Source of the DNA: Eledone cirrhosa
Lineage: Eukaryota
Assembly: GCA_964016885.1 (NCBI GenBank)
Contig: OZ024740.1
Span: 138,074,001-138,138,000, forward strand
Direction: 5' to 3'
DNA: 64,000 bases
Shown in pieces: positions 12,701 to 26,829 of the stretch. Positions within the stretch are counted from its first letter, which is position 1, and each line of letters opens with the position of its first letter. Below the pieces are notes generated by a model that was given only the letters and a program-made list of their open reading frames with translations, was not told the origin of the DNA and ran no database searches. The translations under genes were made by a program, and so were the position numbers.

Positions 12701-15700
12701 TCTCTGTTTCTAAACACTTTTCTCTCAATCTCCAATTCTCTCTCTCTGTTATCACTTTTCCCCCAAACTCCCATTCTCTCTCTCTCATATCACTTTTCTC
12801 TCAATCTCCAATTCTCTCTTTCTCTTATCACTTTTCCCCCAATCTCCCATTCTCTCTCTCTCATATCACTTTTCTCTCAATCTCCAATTCTCTCTTTCTC
12901 TTATCAATTTTCTCTCAAATCTCCTATTCTCTCTTTCTCTCATCACTTTTCTCTCAATCTCCAATTCTCTCTTTCTCTCATCACTTTTCTCTCAATCTCC
13001 AATTCTCTCTTTCTCTTATCACTTTTCTCTCAATCTCCAATTCTCTCTTTGTCTTATCACTTTTCTCTCAATCTCCAATTCTCTCTTTCTCTTATCACTT
13101 TTCTCTCAATCTCCAATTCTCTCTTTCTCTTATCACTTTTCTCTCATCTCCAATTCTCTCTTTCTCTTATCACTTTTCTCTCAATCTCCAATTCTCTCTT
13201 TCTCTTAACACTTTTCTCTCAATCTCCAATTCGCTCTTTCTATTATCACTTTTCTCTCAATCTCCAATTCTCTCTTTCTCTTATCACTTTTCTCTCAATC
13301 ACCAATTCTCTCTTTCTCTTATCACATTTCTCTCAATCTCCAATTCTCTCTTTCTCTCATCACTTTTTGCTCAATCTCCAATTCTCTCTTTCTCTTATCA
13401 CTTTTCTCTCAATCTCCAATTCTCTCTTTTTCTTATCACTTTTCTCTCAATCTCTAATTCTCTCTGTTTCTTATCACTTTTCTCTCAATCTCATATTCTC
13501 TCTTTCTCTTATTACTTTTCTCTCAATCTCCAATTCGCTCTTTCTCTTATCACTTTTCTCTCAATCTCCAATTCTCTCTGTCTCTTCTCACTTTTTCTCA
13601 CAATCTCCAATTCTCTCTTTTTCTTATCACTTTTCCCTCAATCTCCAATTCGCTCTTTCTCTTATCACTTTTCTCTGAATATCCAATTCTCTCTTTCTCT
13701 TATCACTTTTCTCTCAATCTCCAATTCTCTCTTTCTCTTATCACTTTTCTCTCAATCTCCAATTCTCTCTTTCTCCTATCACTTTTCTCTCAATCTCATA
13801 TTCTCTCTGTTTCTTATTACTTTTCTCTCAATCACCAATTCTCTCTCTCTCATATCACTTTTCTCTCAATCTCCAATTCTCTCTTTCTCTTATCACTTTT
13901 CTCTCAATCTCCAATTCTCTCTTTCTCTTATCACTTTTCTCTCAATCTCAAATTCTCTCTTTCTCTTATCACTTTTCTCTCAATCTCCAATTCTCTCTTT
14001 CTCTTATCACTTTTCCCCCAATCTCCAATTCTCTCTTTCTCTTATCACTTTTCTCTCAATCTCCAATTCTCTCATTCTCTTATCACTTTTCTCCCAATTT
14101 CCAATTCTCTCTGTTTCTTATCACTTTTCTCTCAATCTCCAATTCTCTCTTTCTCTTATCACTTTTCTCTCAATATCCAATTCTCTCTCTCTCTTATCAC
14201 TTTTCTCTCAATCTCCAATTCTCTCTTTCTCTCATCACTTTTCTCCCAATCTCCAATTCTCTCTGTTTCTTATCACTTTTCTCTCAATCTCCACTTCTCT
14301 CTTTCTCTTATCACTTTTCTCTCAATCTCCAATTCTCTCTTTCTCTTATCACTTTTCTCTCAATCTCCAATTCTCTCTTTCTTTTATCACTTTTCTCTCA
14401 ATCTCCAATTCTCTCTCTCTCTTATCACTTTCTCTCTCAATCTCCAATTCTCTCTTTTTTTATCACTTTTCCCTCAATCTCCAATTCTCTCTTTCTCTTA
14501 TCACTTTTCTCTCAATCTCCAATTCTCTCTTTCTCTTATCACTTTTCTCTCAATCTCCAATTCTCTCTTTCTCTTATCACTTTTCTCTCAATCTCCAATC
14601 CTCTCTTTCTCTTATCACTTTTCTCTCAATGTCCAATTCTCTCTGTTTCTTATCACTTTTCTCTCAATCTCCAATTCTCTCTCCCTGTTATCACTTTTCC
14701 CCCAATCTCCCATTCTCTCTCTCTCATATCACTTTTCTCTCAATCTCCAATTTTCTCTTTCTCTTATCACATTTCTCTCAATCTCCACTTCTCTCTTTCT
14801 CTTATCACTTTTCTCTCAACCTACCATTCTCTCTTTCTCTTATGACTTTTCTCTCAATCACCAATTCTCTCTGTCTCTTATCACTTTTCTCTCAATCACC
14901 AATTCTCTCTGACTCTTATCACTTTTCTCTCAATCTCCAAATCTCTCTTTCTCTTATCACTTTTCTCTCAATCTCCAATTCTCTCTTACTCTTATCACTT
15001 TTCTCTCAATCTCCAATTCTCTCTTTCTCTCATCACTTTTCTCTCAATCTCCAATTCTCTCTTTCTCTTATCACTTTTATCTCAATCTCCAATTCTCTCT
15101 TTCTGTTATCACTTTTCTCTCAATCTCCAATTCTCTCTTTCTCTTATCACTTTTCTCTCAATCTCCAATTCTCTCTTTCTCTTATCACTTTTCTCTCAAT
15201 CTCCAATTCTCTCTTTCTCTTATCACTTTTCTCTCAATCTCCAATTCTCTCTTTCTCTTATCACTTTTCTCTCAATCTCCAATTCTCTCTTTCTCTTATC
15301 ACTTTTCTCTCAATCTCCAATTCTCTCTTTCTCTTATCACTTTTCTCTGAATCTCTAATTCTCTCTTTCTCTTATCACTTTTCTCTCAATCTCCAATTCT
15401 CTCTTTCTCTTATCACTTTTCTCTCAATCTCCAATTCTCTCTTTCTCTTATCACTTTTCTCTCAATCTCCAATTCTCTCTTTCTCTTATCACTTTTCTCT
15501 CAATCTCCAATTCTCTCTTTCTCTTATCACTTTTCTCTCAATCTCTAATTCTCCCTTTCTCTTATCACTTTTCTCTCAATCTCCAATTCTCTCTTTTTCT
15601 TATCACTTTTCTCTCAATCTCTAATTCTCCCTGTTTCTCATCGCTTTTCTCTTAATCTCATATTCTCTCTTTCTCTTATTACTTTTCTCTCAATCTCCAA

Positions 15701-18700
15701 TTCTCTCTTTCTCAAATCACTTTTCTCTCAATCTCCAATTTTCTCTTTCTCTTATCACATTTCTCTCAATCTCCAATTCTCTCTTTCTCTTATCACTTTT
15801 CTCTCAATCTCCAATTCTCTCTTTCTCTTATCACTTTTCTCTCAATCTCCAATTCTCTCTTTCTTTTATCACTTTTCTCTCAATCTCCAATTCTCTCTCT
15901 CTCTTATCACTTTCTCTCTCAATCTCCACTTCTCTCTTTCTCTTATCACTTTTCTCTCAACCTCCCATTCTCTCTTTCTCTTATGACTTTTCTCTCAATC
16001 ACCAATTCTCTCTGTCTCTTATCACTTTTCTCTCAATCACCAATTCTCTCTTTCTCTTATCATATTTCTCTCAATCTCCAATTCTCACTTTCTCTAATCA
16101 CTTTTTGCTCAATCTCCAATTCTCTCTTTCTCTTATCACTTTTCTCTCAATCTCTAATTCTCTCTTTCTCTTATCACTTTTCTCTCAATCTCCAATTCAC
16201 TCTTTCTCTTATCACTTTTCTCTCAATCTCCAATTCTCTCTTTCTCTTATCACTTTTCTCTCAATCTCCAATTCTCTATTTCTCTTATTACTTTTTTCTC
16301 AATCTCTAATTCTCTCTTTCTCTTATCACTTTTCTCTCAATCTCCAATTCTCTCTTTCTCTTATCACTTTTCTCTCAATCTCCAATTCTCTCTTTCTCTG
16401 ATCACGTTTCTCTCAATCTCCAATTCTCTCTTTCTCTTATCACTTTTCTCTCAATCTCCAATTCTCTCTTTCTCTTATCACTTTCCTCTCAATCTCCAAT
16501 TCTCTCTTTCTCTGATCACTTTTCTCTTAATCTCCAATTCTCTCTTTCTCTTATCACTTTTCTCTCAATCTCCAATTCTCTCATTCTCTTATCACTTTTC
16601 TCTCAATCTCCAATTCTCTCTTTCTCTTATCACTTTTCTCTCAATCTCCAATTCTCTCTCTCTGTTATCACTTTTCCCCTAATCTCCCATTCTCTCTCTC
16701 TCATATCACTTTTCTCTCAATCTCCAATTCTCTCTTTCTCTTATCACTTTTCCCCCAATCTCGCATTCTCTCTCTCTCATATCACTTTTCTCTCAATCTC
16801 CCATTCTCTCTTTCTCTTATAACTTTTCTCTCAATGACCAATTCTCTCTTTCTCTTATCACTTTTCTCTCAATCTCCAATTCTCTCTTACTCTTATCACT
16901 TTTCTCTCAATCTCCAATTCTCTCTTTCTCTTATCAATTTTCTCTCAATCACCAATTCTCTCTTTCTCTTATCACTTTTCTCTCAATCTCCAATTCTCTC
17001 TTTCTCTTATCACTTTTCTCTTAATCTCCAATTCTCCCTCTCTTTTATCACTTTTTCTCTCAATCTCCAATTCTCTCTTTTTCTTATCACTTTTCCCTCA
17101 ATCTCCAATTCTCTCTTTCTGTTATCACTTTTCTCTCAACCTCCCATTCTCTCTTTCTCTTATCACTTTTCTCTCAATCTCCAATTCTCTCTTTCTCTTA
17201 TCACTTTTCTCTCAATCTCCAATTCTCTCTGTTTCTTATCACTTTTCTCTCAATCTCCAATTCTCCCTTTCTCTAATCACTTTTCTCTCAATCTCCAATT
17301 CTCTCTTTCTCCTATCACTTTTCTCTCAATCTCCAATTCTCTCTGTTTCTTATCACTTTTCTCTCAATCTCTAATTCTCTCTCTCTCATATCACTTTTCT
17401 CTCAATCTCCAATTCTCTCTTTCTCTTATCACTTTTCTCTCAATCTCCAATTCTCTCTTTCTCTTATCACTTTTCTCTCAATCTCCAATTCTCTCTTTCT
17501 CTTATCACTTTTCTCTCAATCTCCAATTCTCTCTTTCTCTTATCACTTTTCTCTCAATTTCCAATTCTCTCTTTCTCTTATCACTTTTCTCTCAATCTCC
17601 AATTCTGTTTGTCTCTTATCACTTTTCCCCCAATCTCCAATTCTCTCTTTCTCTTATCACTTTTCTCTCAATCTCCAATTCTCTCTTTCTCTTATCACTT
17701 TTCTCCCAATCTCCAATTCTCTCTGTTTCTTATCACTTTTCTCTCAATCTCCAATTCTCTCTTTCTCTTATCACTTTTCTCTCAATCTCCAATTCTCTCT
17801 TTCTCTTATCACTTTTCTCTCAATCTCCAATTCTCTCTTTCTCTTATCACTTTTCTCTCAAACTCCAATTCTCTCTTTTTCTTATCACTTTTCTCCCAAT
17901 CTCCAATTCTCTCTGTTTCTTATCACTTTTCTCTCAATCTCCAATTCTCTCTTTCTCTTATCACTTTTCTCTCAATCTCCAATTCTCTCTTTCTCTTATC
18001 ACTTTTCTCTCAATCTCATATTCTCTCTTTCTCTTATTACTTTTCTCTCAATCTCCAATTCTCTCTTTCTCTTATCACTTTTCTCTCAATCTCCAATTCT
18101 CTCTGTCTCTTATCACTTTTTCTCACAATCTCCAATTCTCTCTTTTTCTTATCACTTTTCCCTCAATCTCCAATTCTCTCTTTCTCTTATCACTTTTCTC
18201 TCAACCTCCCATTCTCTCTTTCTCTTATGACTTTTCTCTCAATCACCAATTCTCTATGTCTCTTATCACTTTTCTCTGACTCTCCAATTCTTTCTTTCTC
18301 TTATCACTTTTCTCTCAATCTTCAATTCTCTCTTTCTCTTATCACTTATCCCCCAATCTACAATTCTCTCTTTCTCTTATCACTTTTTGCTCAATCTCCA
18401 ATTCTCTCTTTCTCTTATCACTTTTCTCTCAATCTCCAATTCTCTCTCTCTGTTATCACTTTTCCCCCAATCTCCCATTCTCTCTCTCTCATATCACTTT
18501 TCTCTCAATCTCCAATTCTCTCTTTCTCTTATCACTTTTCCCCCAATCTCCCATTCTCTCTCTCTCATATCACTTTTCTCTCAATCTCCAATTCTCTCTT
18601 TCTCTTATCAATTTTCTCTCAAATCTCCTATTCTCTCTTTCTCTCATCACTTTTCTCTCAATCTCCAATTCTCTCTTTCTCTCATCACTTTTCTCTCAAT

Positions 18701-18900
18701 CTCCAATTCTCTCTTTCTCTTATCACTTTTCTCTCAATCTCCAATTCTCTCTTTGTCTTATCACTTTTCTCTCAATCTCCAATTCTCTCTTTCTCTTATC
18801 ACTTTTCTCTCAATCTCCAATTCTCTCTTTCTCTTATCACTTTTCTCTCAATCTCCAATTCTCTCTTTCTCTTATCACTTTTCTCTCAATCTCCAATTCT
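6790..18900 (+). repeat. Three related higher-order blocks (~6.8-9.4 kb, ~10.1-13.1 kb, ~16.0-18.9 kb)
   Basis: The rare variant AATTCTGTTTGTCTC has its first G at 8100, 11827 and 17607 (offsets 3,727 and 5,780). ORF ends 7313/10659/16401 and starts 7632/10978/16834 and 8102/11829/17609 are homologous. Confidence 0.85.
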
Positions 18901-21900
18901 CTCTTTCTCTTATCACTTTTCTCTCAATCTCCAATTCGCTCTTTCTATTATCACTTTTCTCTCAATCTCCAATTCTCTCTTTCTCTTATCACTTTTCTCT
19001 CAATCACCAATTCTCTCTTTCTCTTATCACATTTCTCTCAATCTCCAATTCTCTCTTTCTCTCATCAGTTTTTGCTCAATCTCCAATTCTCTCTTTCTCT
19101 TATCACTTTTCTCTCAATCTCCAATTCTCTCTTTTTCTTATCACTTTTCTCTCAATCTCTAATTCTCTCTGTTTCTTATCACTTTTCTCTCAATCTCATA
19201 TTCTCTCTTTCTCTTATTACTTTTCTCTCAATCTCCAATTCGCTCTTTCTCTTATCACTTTTCTCTCAATCTCCAATTCTCTCTGTCTCTTCTCACTTTT
19301 TCTCACAATCTCCAATTCTCTCTTTCTCTTATCACGTATCCCCCAATCTACAATTCTCTCTTTCTCTTATCACTTTTTGCTCAATCTCCAATTCTCTCTT
19401 TCTCTTATCACTTTTCTCTCAATCTCCAATTCTCTCTGTTTCTTATCACTTTTCTCTCAATCTCTAATTCTCTCTCTCTCATATCACTTTTCTCTCAATC
19501 TCCAATTCTCTCTTTCTCTTATCACTTTTCCCTCAATCTCCAATTCTCTCTTTCTCTTATCACTTTTCTCTCAAACTCCCATTCTCTCTTTCTCTTATGA
19601 CTTTTCTCTCAATCTTCAATTCTCTCTTTCTCTTATCACTTATCCCCCAATCTACAATTCTCTCTTTCTCTTATCACTTTTTGCTCAATCTCCAATTCTC
19701 TCTTTCTCTTATCACTTTTCTCTCAATCTCCAATTCTCTCTTTCTCTTATCACTGTTCTCTCAATCTCCAATTCTCTCTGTTTCTTAACACTTGTCTCTC
19801 AATCTCCAATTCTCTCTCTCTGTTATCACTTTTCCCCCAATCTCGCATTCTCTCTCTCTCATATCACTTTTCTCTCAATCTCCCATTCTCTCTTTCTCTT
19901 ATAACTTTTCTCTCAATGTCCAATTCTCTCTGTTTCTTATCACTTTTCTCTCAATCTCCAATTCTCTCTTTCTCTGATCACGTTTCTCTCAATCTCCAAT
20001 TCTCTCTTTCTCTTATCACTTTTCTCTCAATCTCCAATTCTCTCTTTCTCTTATCACTTTTCTCTCAATCTCCAATTCTTTCTTTCTCTTATCACTTTTC
20101 TCTCAATCTCCAATTCTTTCTTTCTCTTATCACTTTTCTCTCAATCTCCAATTCTCTCTTTCTCTTATCACTTTTCTCTTAATCTCCAATTCTCTCTCTC
20201 TTTTATCACTTTTTCTCTCAATCTCCAATTCTCTCTTTTTCTTATCACTTTTCCCTCAATCTCCAATTCTCTCTTTCTGTTATCACTTTTCTCTCAACCT
20301 CCCATTCTCTCTTTCACTTATGACTTTTCTCTCAATCACCAACTCTCTATGTCTCTTATCACTTTTCTCTGAATATCCAATTCTCTCTTTCTCTTATCAC
20401 TTTTCTCTCAATCTCCAATTCTCTCTTTCTCTTATCACTTTTCTCTCAATCTCCAATTCTCTCTTTCTCTTATCACTTTTCTCTCAATCTCCAATTCTCT
20501 CTCTTTCTTATCACTTTTCTCTCAATCTCCAATTCTCTCTTTCTCTTATCACTTTTCTCTCAATCTCCAATTCTCTCTTTCTCCTATCACTTTTCTCTCA
20601 ATCTCCAATTCTCTCTGTTTCTTATCACTTTTCTCTCAATCTCTAATTCTCTTTCTCTCATATCACTTTTCTCTCAATCTCCAATTCTCTCTTTCTCTTA
20701 TCACTTTTCTCTCAATCTCCAATTCTCTCTTTCTCTTATCACTTTTCTCTCAATCTCCAATTCTCTCTTTCTCTTATCACTTTTCTCTCAATCTCCAATT
20801 CTCTCTTTCTCTTATCACTTTTCTCTCAATCTCCAATTCTCTCTTTCTCTTATCACTTTTCTCTCAATCTCCAATTCTCTCTTTCTCTTATCACTTTTCC
20901 CCCAATCTCCAATTCTCTCTTTCTCTTATCACTTTTCTCTCAATCTATAATTCTCTCTTTCTCTTATCACTTTTCTCCCAATCTCCAATTCTCTCTGTTT
21001 CTTATCACTTTTCTCTCAATCTCCAATTCTCTCTTTCTCTTATCACTTTTCTCTCAATCTCCAATTCTCTCTTTCTCTTATCACTTTTCTCTCAATCTCC
21101 AATTCTCTCTTTTTCATATCACTTTTCTCTCAATCTCCAATTCTCTCTTTTTCTTATCACTTTTCTCCCAATCTCCAATTCTCTCTGTTTCTTATCACTT
21201 TTCTCTCAATCTCCAATTCTCTCTTTCTCTTATCACTTTTCTCTCAATCTCCAATTCTCTCTTTCTCTTATCACTTTTCTCTCAATCTCCAATTCTCTCT
21301 TTCTATTATCACTTTTCTCTCAATCTCCAATTCTCTCTTTCTCTTATCACTTTTCTGTCAATCTCCAATTCCCTCTTTCTCTTATCACTTTTCTCTCAAT
21401 CACCAATTCTCTCTTTCTCTTATCATATTTCTCTCAATCTCCAATTCTCTCTTTCTCTTATCACTTTTTGCTCAATCTCCAATTCTCTCTTTCTCTTATC
21501 ACTTTTCTCTCAATCTCCAATTCTCTCTTTCTCTTATCACTTTTCTCTTAATCTCCAATTCACTCTTTCTCTTATCACTTTTCTCTCAATCTCCAATTCT
21601 CTCTTTCTATTATCACTTTTCTCTCAATCTCCAATTCTCTCTTTCTCTTATCACTTTTCTGTCAATCTCCAATTCCCTCTTTCTCTTATCACTTTTCTCT
21701 CAATCACCAATTCTCTCTTTCTCTTATCATATTTCTCTCAATCTCCAATTCTCTCTTTCTCTTATCACTTTTCTCTCAATCTCCAATTCTCTCTCTTTCT
21801 TATCACTTTTCTCTCAATCTCCAATTCTCTCTTTCTCTTATCACTTTTCTCTCAATCTCCAATTCTCTCTTTCTCCTATCACTTTTCTCTCAATCTCCAA

Positions 21901-24900
21901 TTCTCTCTGTTTCTTATCACTTTTCTCTCAATCTCTAATTCTCTTTCTCTCTTATCACTTTTCTCTCAATCTCCAATTCTCTCTTTCTCTTATCACTTTT
22001 CTCTCAATCTCCAATTCTCTCTTTCTCTTATCACTTTTCCCCCAATCTCCAATTCTCTCTTTCTCTTATCACTTTTCTCTCAATCTATAATTCTCTCTTT
22101 CTCTTATCACTTTTCTCCCAATCTCCAATTCTCTCTGTTTCTTATCACTTTTCTCTCAATCTCCAATTCTCTCTTTCTCTTATCACTTTTCTCTCAATCT
22201 CCAATTCTCTCTTTCTCTTATCACTTTTCTCTCAATCTCCAATTCTCTCTTTTTCATATCACTTTTCTCTCAATCTCCAATTCTCTCTTTTTCTTATCAC
22301 TTTTCTCCCAATCTCCAATTCTCTCTGTTTCTTATCACTTTTCTCTCAATCTCCAATTCTCTCTTTCTCTTATCACTTTTCTCTCAATCTCCAATTCTCT
22401 CTTTCTCTTATCACTTTTCTCTCAATCTCCAATTCTCTCTTTCTATTATCACTTTTCTCTCAATCTCCAATTCTCTCTTTCTCTTATCACTTTTCTGTCA
22501 ATCTCCAATTCCCTCTTTCTCTTATCACTTTTCTCTCAATCACCAATTCTCTCTTTCTCTTATCATATTTCTCTCAATCTCCAATTCTCTCTTTCTCTTA
22601 TCACTTTTTGCTCAATCTCCAATTCTCTCTGTTTCTTATCACTTTTCTCTCAATCTCCAATTCTCTCTTTCTCTTATCACTTTTCTCTCAATCTCCAATT
22701 CTCTCTTTCTCTTATCACTTTTCTCTCAATCTCATATTCTCTCTTTCTCTTATTACTTTTCTCTCAATCTCCAATTCTCTCTTTCTCTTATCACTTTTCT
22801 CTCAATCTCCAATTCTCTCTGTCTCTTATCACTTTTTCTCACAATCTCCAATTCTCTCTTTTTCTTATCACTTTTCCCTCAATCTCCAATTCTCTCTTTC
22901 TCTTATCACTTTTCTCTCAACCTCCCATTCTCTCTTTCTCTTATGACTTTTCTCTCAATCACCAATTCTCTATGTCTCTTATCACTTTTCTCTGACTCTC
23001 CAATTCTTTCTTTCTCTTATCACTTTTCTCTCAATCTTCAATTCTCTCTTTCTCTTATCACTTATCCCCCAATCTACAATTCTCTCTTTCTCTTATCACT
23101 TTTTGCTCAATCTCCAATTCTCTCTTTCTCTTATCACTTTTCTCTCAATCTCCAATTCTCTCTTTCTCTTATCACTTTTCTCTCAATCTCCAATTCTCTC
23201 TGTTTCTAAACACTTTTCTCTCAATCTCCAATTCTCTCTCTCTGTTATCACTTTTCCCCCAATCTCCCATTCTCTCTCTCTCATATCACTTTTCTCTCAA
23301 TCTCCAATTCTCTCTTTCTCTTATCACTTTTCCCCCAATCTCCCATTCTCTCTCTCTCATATCACTTTTCTCTCAATCTCCAATTCTCTCTTTCTCTTAT
23401 CAATTTTCTCTCAAATCTCCTATTCTCTCTTTCTCTCATCACTTTTCTCTCAATCTCCAATTCTCTCTTTCTCTCATCACTTTTCTCTCAATCTCCAATT
23501 CTCTCTTTCTCTTATCACTTTTCTCTCAATCTCCAATTCTCTCTTTGTCTTATCACTTTTCTCTCAATCTCCAATTCTCTCTTTCTCTTATCACTTTTCT
23601 CTCAATCTCCAATTCTCTCTTTCTCTTATCACTTTTCTCTCAATCTCCAATTCTCTCTTTCTCTTATCACTTTTCTCTCAATCTCCAATTCTCTCTTTCT
23701 CTTATCACTTTTCTCTCAATCTCCAATTCGCTCTTTCTATTATCACTTTTCTCTCAATCTCCAATTCTCTCTTTCTCTTATCACTTTTCTCTCAATCACC
23801 AATTCTCTCTTTCTCTTATCACATTTCTCTCAATCTCCAATTCTCTCTTTCTCTCATCAGTTTTTGCTCAATCTCCAATTCTCTCTTTCTCTTATCACTT
23901 TTCTCTCAATCTCCAATTCTCTCTTTTTCTTATCACTTTTCTCTCAATCTCTAATTCTCTCTGTTTCTTATCACTTTTCTCTCAATCTCATATTCTCTCT
24001 TTCTCTTATTACTTTTCTCTCAATCTCCAATTCGCTCTTTCTCTTATCACTTTTCTCTCAATCTCCAATTCTCTCTGTCTCTTCTCACTTTTTCTCACAA
24101 TCTCCAATTCTCTCTTTCTCTTATCACGTATCCCCCAATCTACAATTCTCTCTTTCTCTTATCACTTTTTGCTCAATCTCCAATTCTCTCTTTCTCTTAT
24201 CACTTTTCTCTCAATCTCCAATTCTCTCTGTTTCTTATCACTTTTCTCTCAATCTCTAATTCTCTCTCTCTCATATCACTTTTCTCTCAATCTCCAATTC
24301 TCTCTTTCTCTTATCACTTTTCCCTCAATCTCCAATTCTCTCTTTCTCTTATCACTTTTCTCTCAAACTCCCATTCTCTCTTTCTCTTATGACTTTTCTC
24401 TCAATCTTCAATTCTCTCTTTCTCTTATCACTTATCCCCCAATCTACAATTCTCTCTTTCTCTTATCACTTTTTGCTCAATCTCCAATTCTCTCTTTCTC
24501 TTATCACTTTTCTCTCAATCTCCAATTCTCTCTTTCTCTTATCACTGTTCTCTCAATCTCCAATTCTCTCTGTTTCTTAACACTTGTCTCTCAATCTCCA
24601 ATTCTCTCTCTCTGTTATCACTTTTCCCCCAATCTCGCATTCTCTCTCTCTCATATCACTTTTCTCTCAATCTCCCATTCTCTCTTTCTCTTATAACTTT
24701 TCTCTCAATGTCCAATTCTCTCTGTTTCTTATCACTTTTCTCTCAATCTCCAATTCTCTCTTTCTCTGATCACGTTTCTCTCAATCTCCAATTCTCTCTT
24801 TCTCTTATCACTTTTCTCTCAATCTCCAATTCTCTCTTTCTCTTATCACTTTTCTCTCAATCTCCAATTCTTTCTTTCTCTTATCACTTTTCTCTCAATC

Positions 24901-26350
24901 TCCAATTCTTTCTTTCTCTTATCACTTTTCTCTCAATCTCCAATTCTCTCTTTCTCTTATCACTTTTCTCTTAATCTCCAATTCTCTCTCTCTTTTATCA
25001 CTTTTTCTCTCAATCTCCAATTCTCTCTTTTTCTTATCACTTTTCCCTCAATCTCCAATTCTCTCTTTCTGTTATCACTTTTCTCTCAACCTCCCATTCT
25101 CTCTTTCACTTATGACTTTTCTCTCAATCACCAACTCTCTATGTCTCTTATCACTTTTCTCTGAATATCCAATTCTCTCTTTCTCTTATCACTTTTCTCT
25201 CAATCTCCAATTCTCTCTTTCTCTTATCACTTTTCTCTCAATCTCCAATTCTCTCTTTCTCTTATCACTTTTCTCTCAATCTCCAATTCTCTCTCTTTCT
25301 TATCACTTTTCTCTCAATCTCCAATTCTCTCTTTCTCTTATCACTTTTCTCTCAATCTCCAATTCTCTCTTTCTCCTATCACTTTTCTCTCAATCTCCAA
25401 TTCTCTCTGTTTCTTATCACTTTTCTCTCAATCTCTAATTCTCTTTCTCTCATATCACTTTTCTCTCAATCTCCAATTCTCTCTTTCTCTTATCACTTTT
25501 CTCTCAATCTCCAATTCTCTCTTTCTCTTATCACTTTTCTCTCAATCTCCAATTCTCTCTTTCTCTTATCACTTTTCTCTCAATCTCCAATTCTCTCTTT
25601 CTCTTATCACTTTTCTCTCAATCTCCAATTCTCTCTTTCTCTTATCACTTTTCTCTCAATCTCCAATTCTCTCTTTCTCTTATCACTTTTCCCCCAATCT
25701 CCAATTCTCTCTTTCTCTTATCACTTTTCTCTCAATCTATAATTCTCTCTTTCTCTTATCACTTTTCTCCCAATCTCCAATTCTCTCTGTTTCTTATCAC
25801 TTTTCTCTCAATCTCCAATTCTCTCTTTCTCTTATCACTTTTCTCTCAATCTCCAATTCTCTCTTTCTCTTATCACTTTTCTCTCAATCTCCAATTCTCT
25901 CTTTTTCATATCACTTTTCTCTCAATCTCCAATTCTCTCTTTTTCTTATCACTTTTCTCCCAATCTCCAATTCTCTCTGTTTCTTATCACTTTTCTCTCA
26001 ATCTCCAATTCTCTCTTTCTCTTATCACTTTTCTCTCAATCTCCAATTCTCTCTTTCTCTTATCACTTTTCTCTCAATCTCCAATTCTCTCTTTCTATTA
26101 TCACTTTTCTCTCAATCTCCAATTCTCTCTTTCTCTTATCACTTTTCTGTCAATCTCCAATTCCCTCTTTCTCTTATCACTTTTCTCTCAATCACCAATT
26201 CTCTCTTTCTCTTATCATATTTCTCTCAATCTCCAATTCTCTCTTTCTCTTATCACTTTTTGCTCAATCTCCAATTCTCTCTTTCTCTTATCACTTTTCT
26301 CTCAATCTCCAATTCTCTCTTTCTCTTATCACTTTTCTCTTAATCTCCAA
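18000..26350 (+). repeat. Higher-order tandem duplication, offset 4,792 bp (~18.4-21.56 kb vs ~23.2-26.35 kb; upstream part offset 4,716)
   Basis: CATCAGTTTTTGCTC (G at 19068/23860), CACGTATCCCCC (19338/24130) and CAATCTATAA (20941/25733) recur. ORF pairs 19072/23864, 19597/24389, 19916/24708 and 20320/25112 are all +4,792 with identical translations. Confidence 0.92.
20800..22620 (+). repeat. Nested 1,140-bp (30-monomer) duplication containing a 304-bp (8-monomer) duplication
   Basis: CAATCTATAA occurs at 20941 and 22081. CTGTCAATCTCCAATTCCCTC has its G at 21357, 21661 (+304) and 22497 (+1,140). Confidence 0.82.
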
Positions 26351-26829
26351 TTCACTCTTTCTCTCATCACTTTTCTCTCAATCTCCAATTCTCTCTTTCT
26401 CTTATCACTTTTCTCTCAATCTCCAATTCTCTATTTCTCTTATTACTTTTTTCTCAATCTCTAATTCTCTCTTTCTCTGATCACGTTTCTCTCAATCTCC
26501 AATTCTCTCTTTCTCTTATCACTTTTCTCTCAATCTCCAATTCTCTCTTTCTCTTATCACTTTCCTCTCAATCTCCAATTCTCTCTTTCTCTGATCACTT
26601 TTCTCTTAATCTCCAATTCTCTCTTTCTCTTATCACTTTTCTCTCAATCTCCAATTCTCTCATTCTCTTATCACTTTTCTCTCAATCTCCAATTCTCTCT
26701 TTCTCTTATCACTTTTCTCTCAATCTCCAATTCTCTCTCTCTGTTATCACTTTTCCCCTAATCTCCCATTCTCTCTCTCTCATATCACTTTTCTCTCAAT
26801 CTCCAATTCTCTCTTTCTCTTATCACTTT

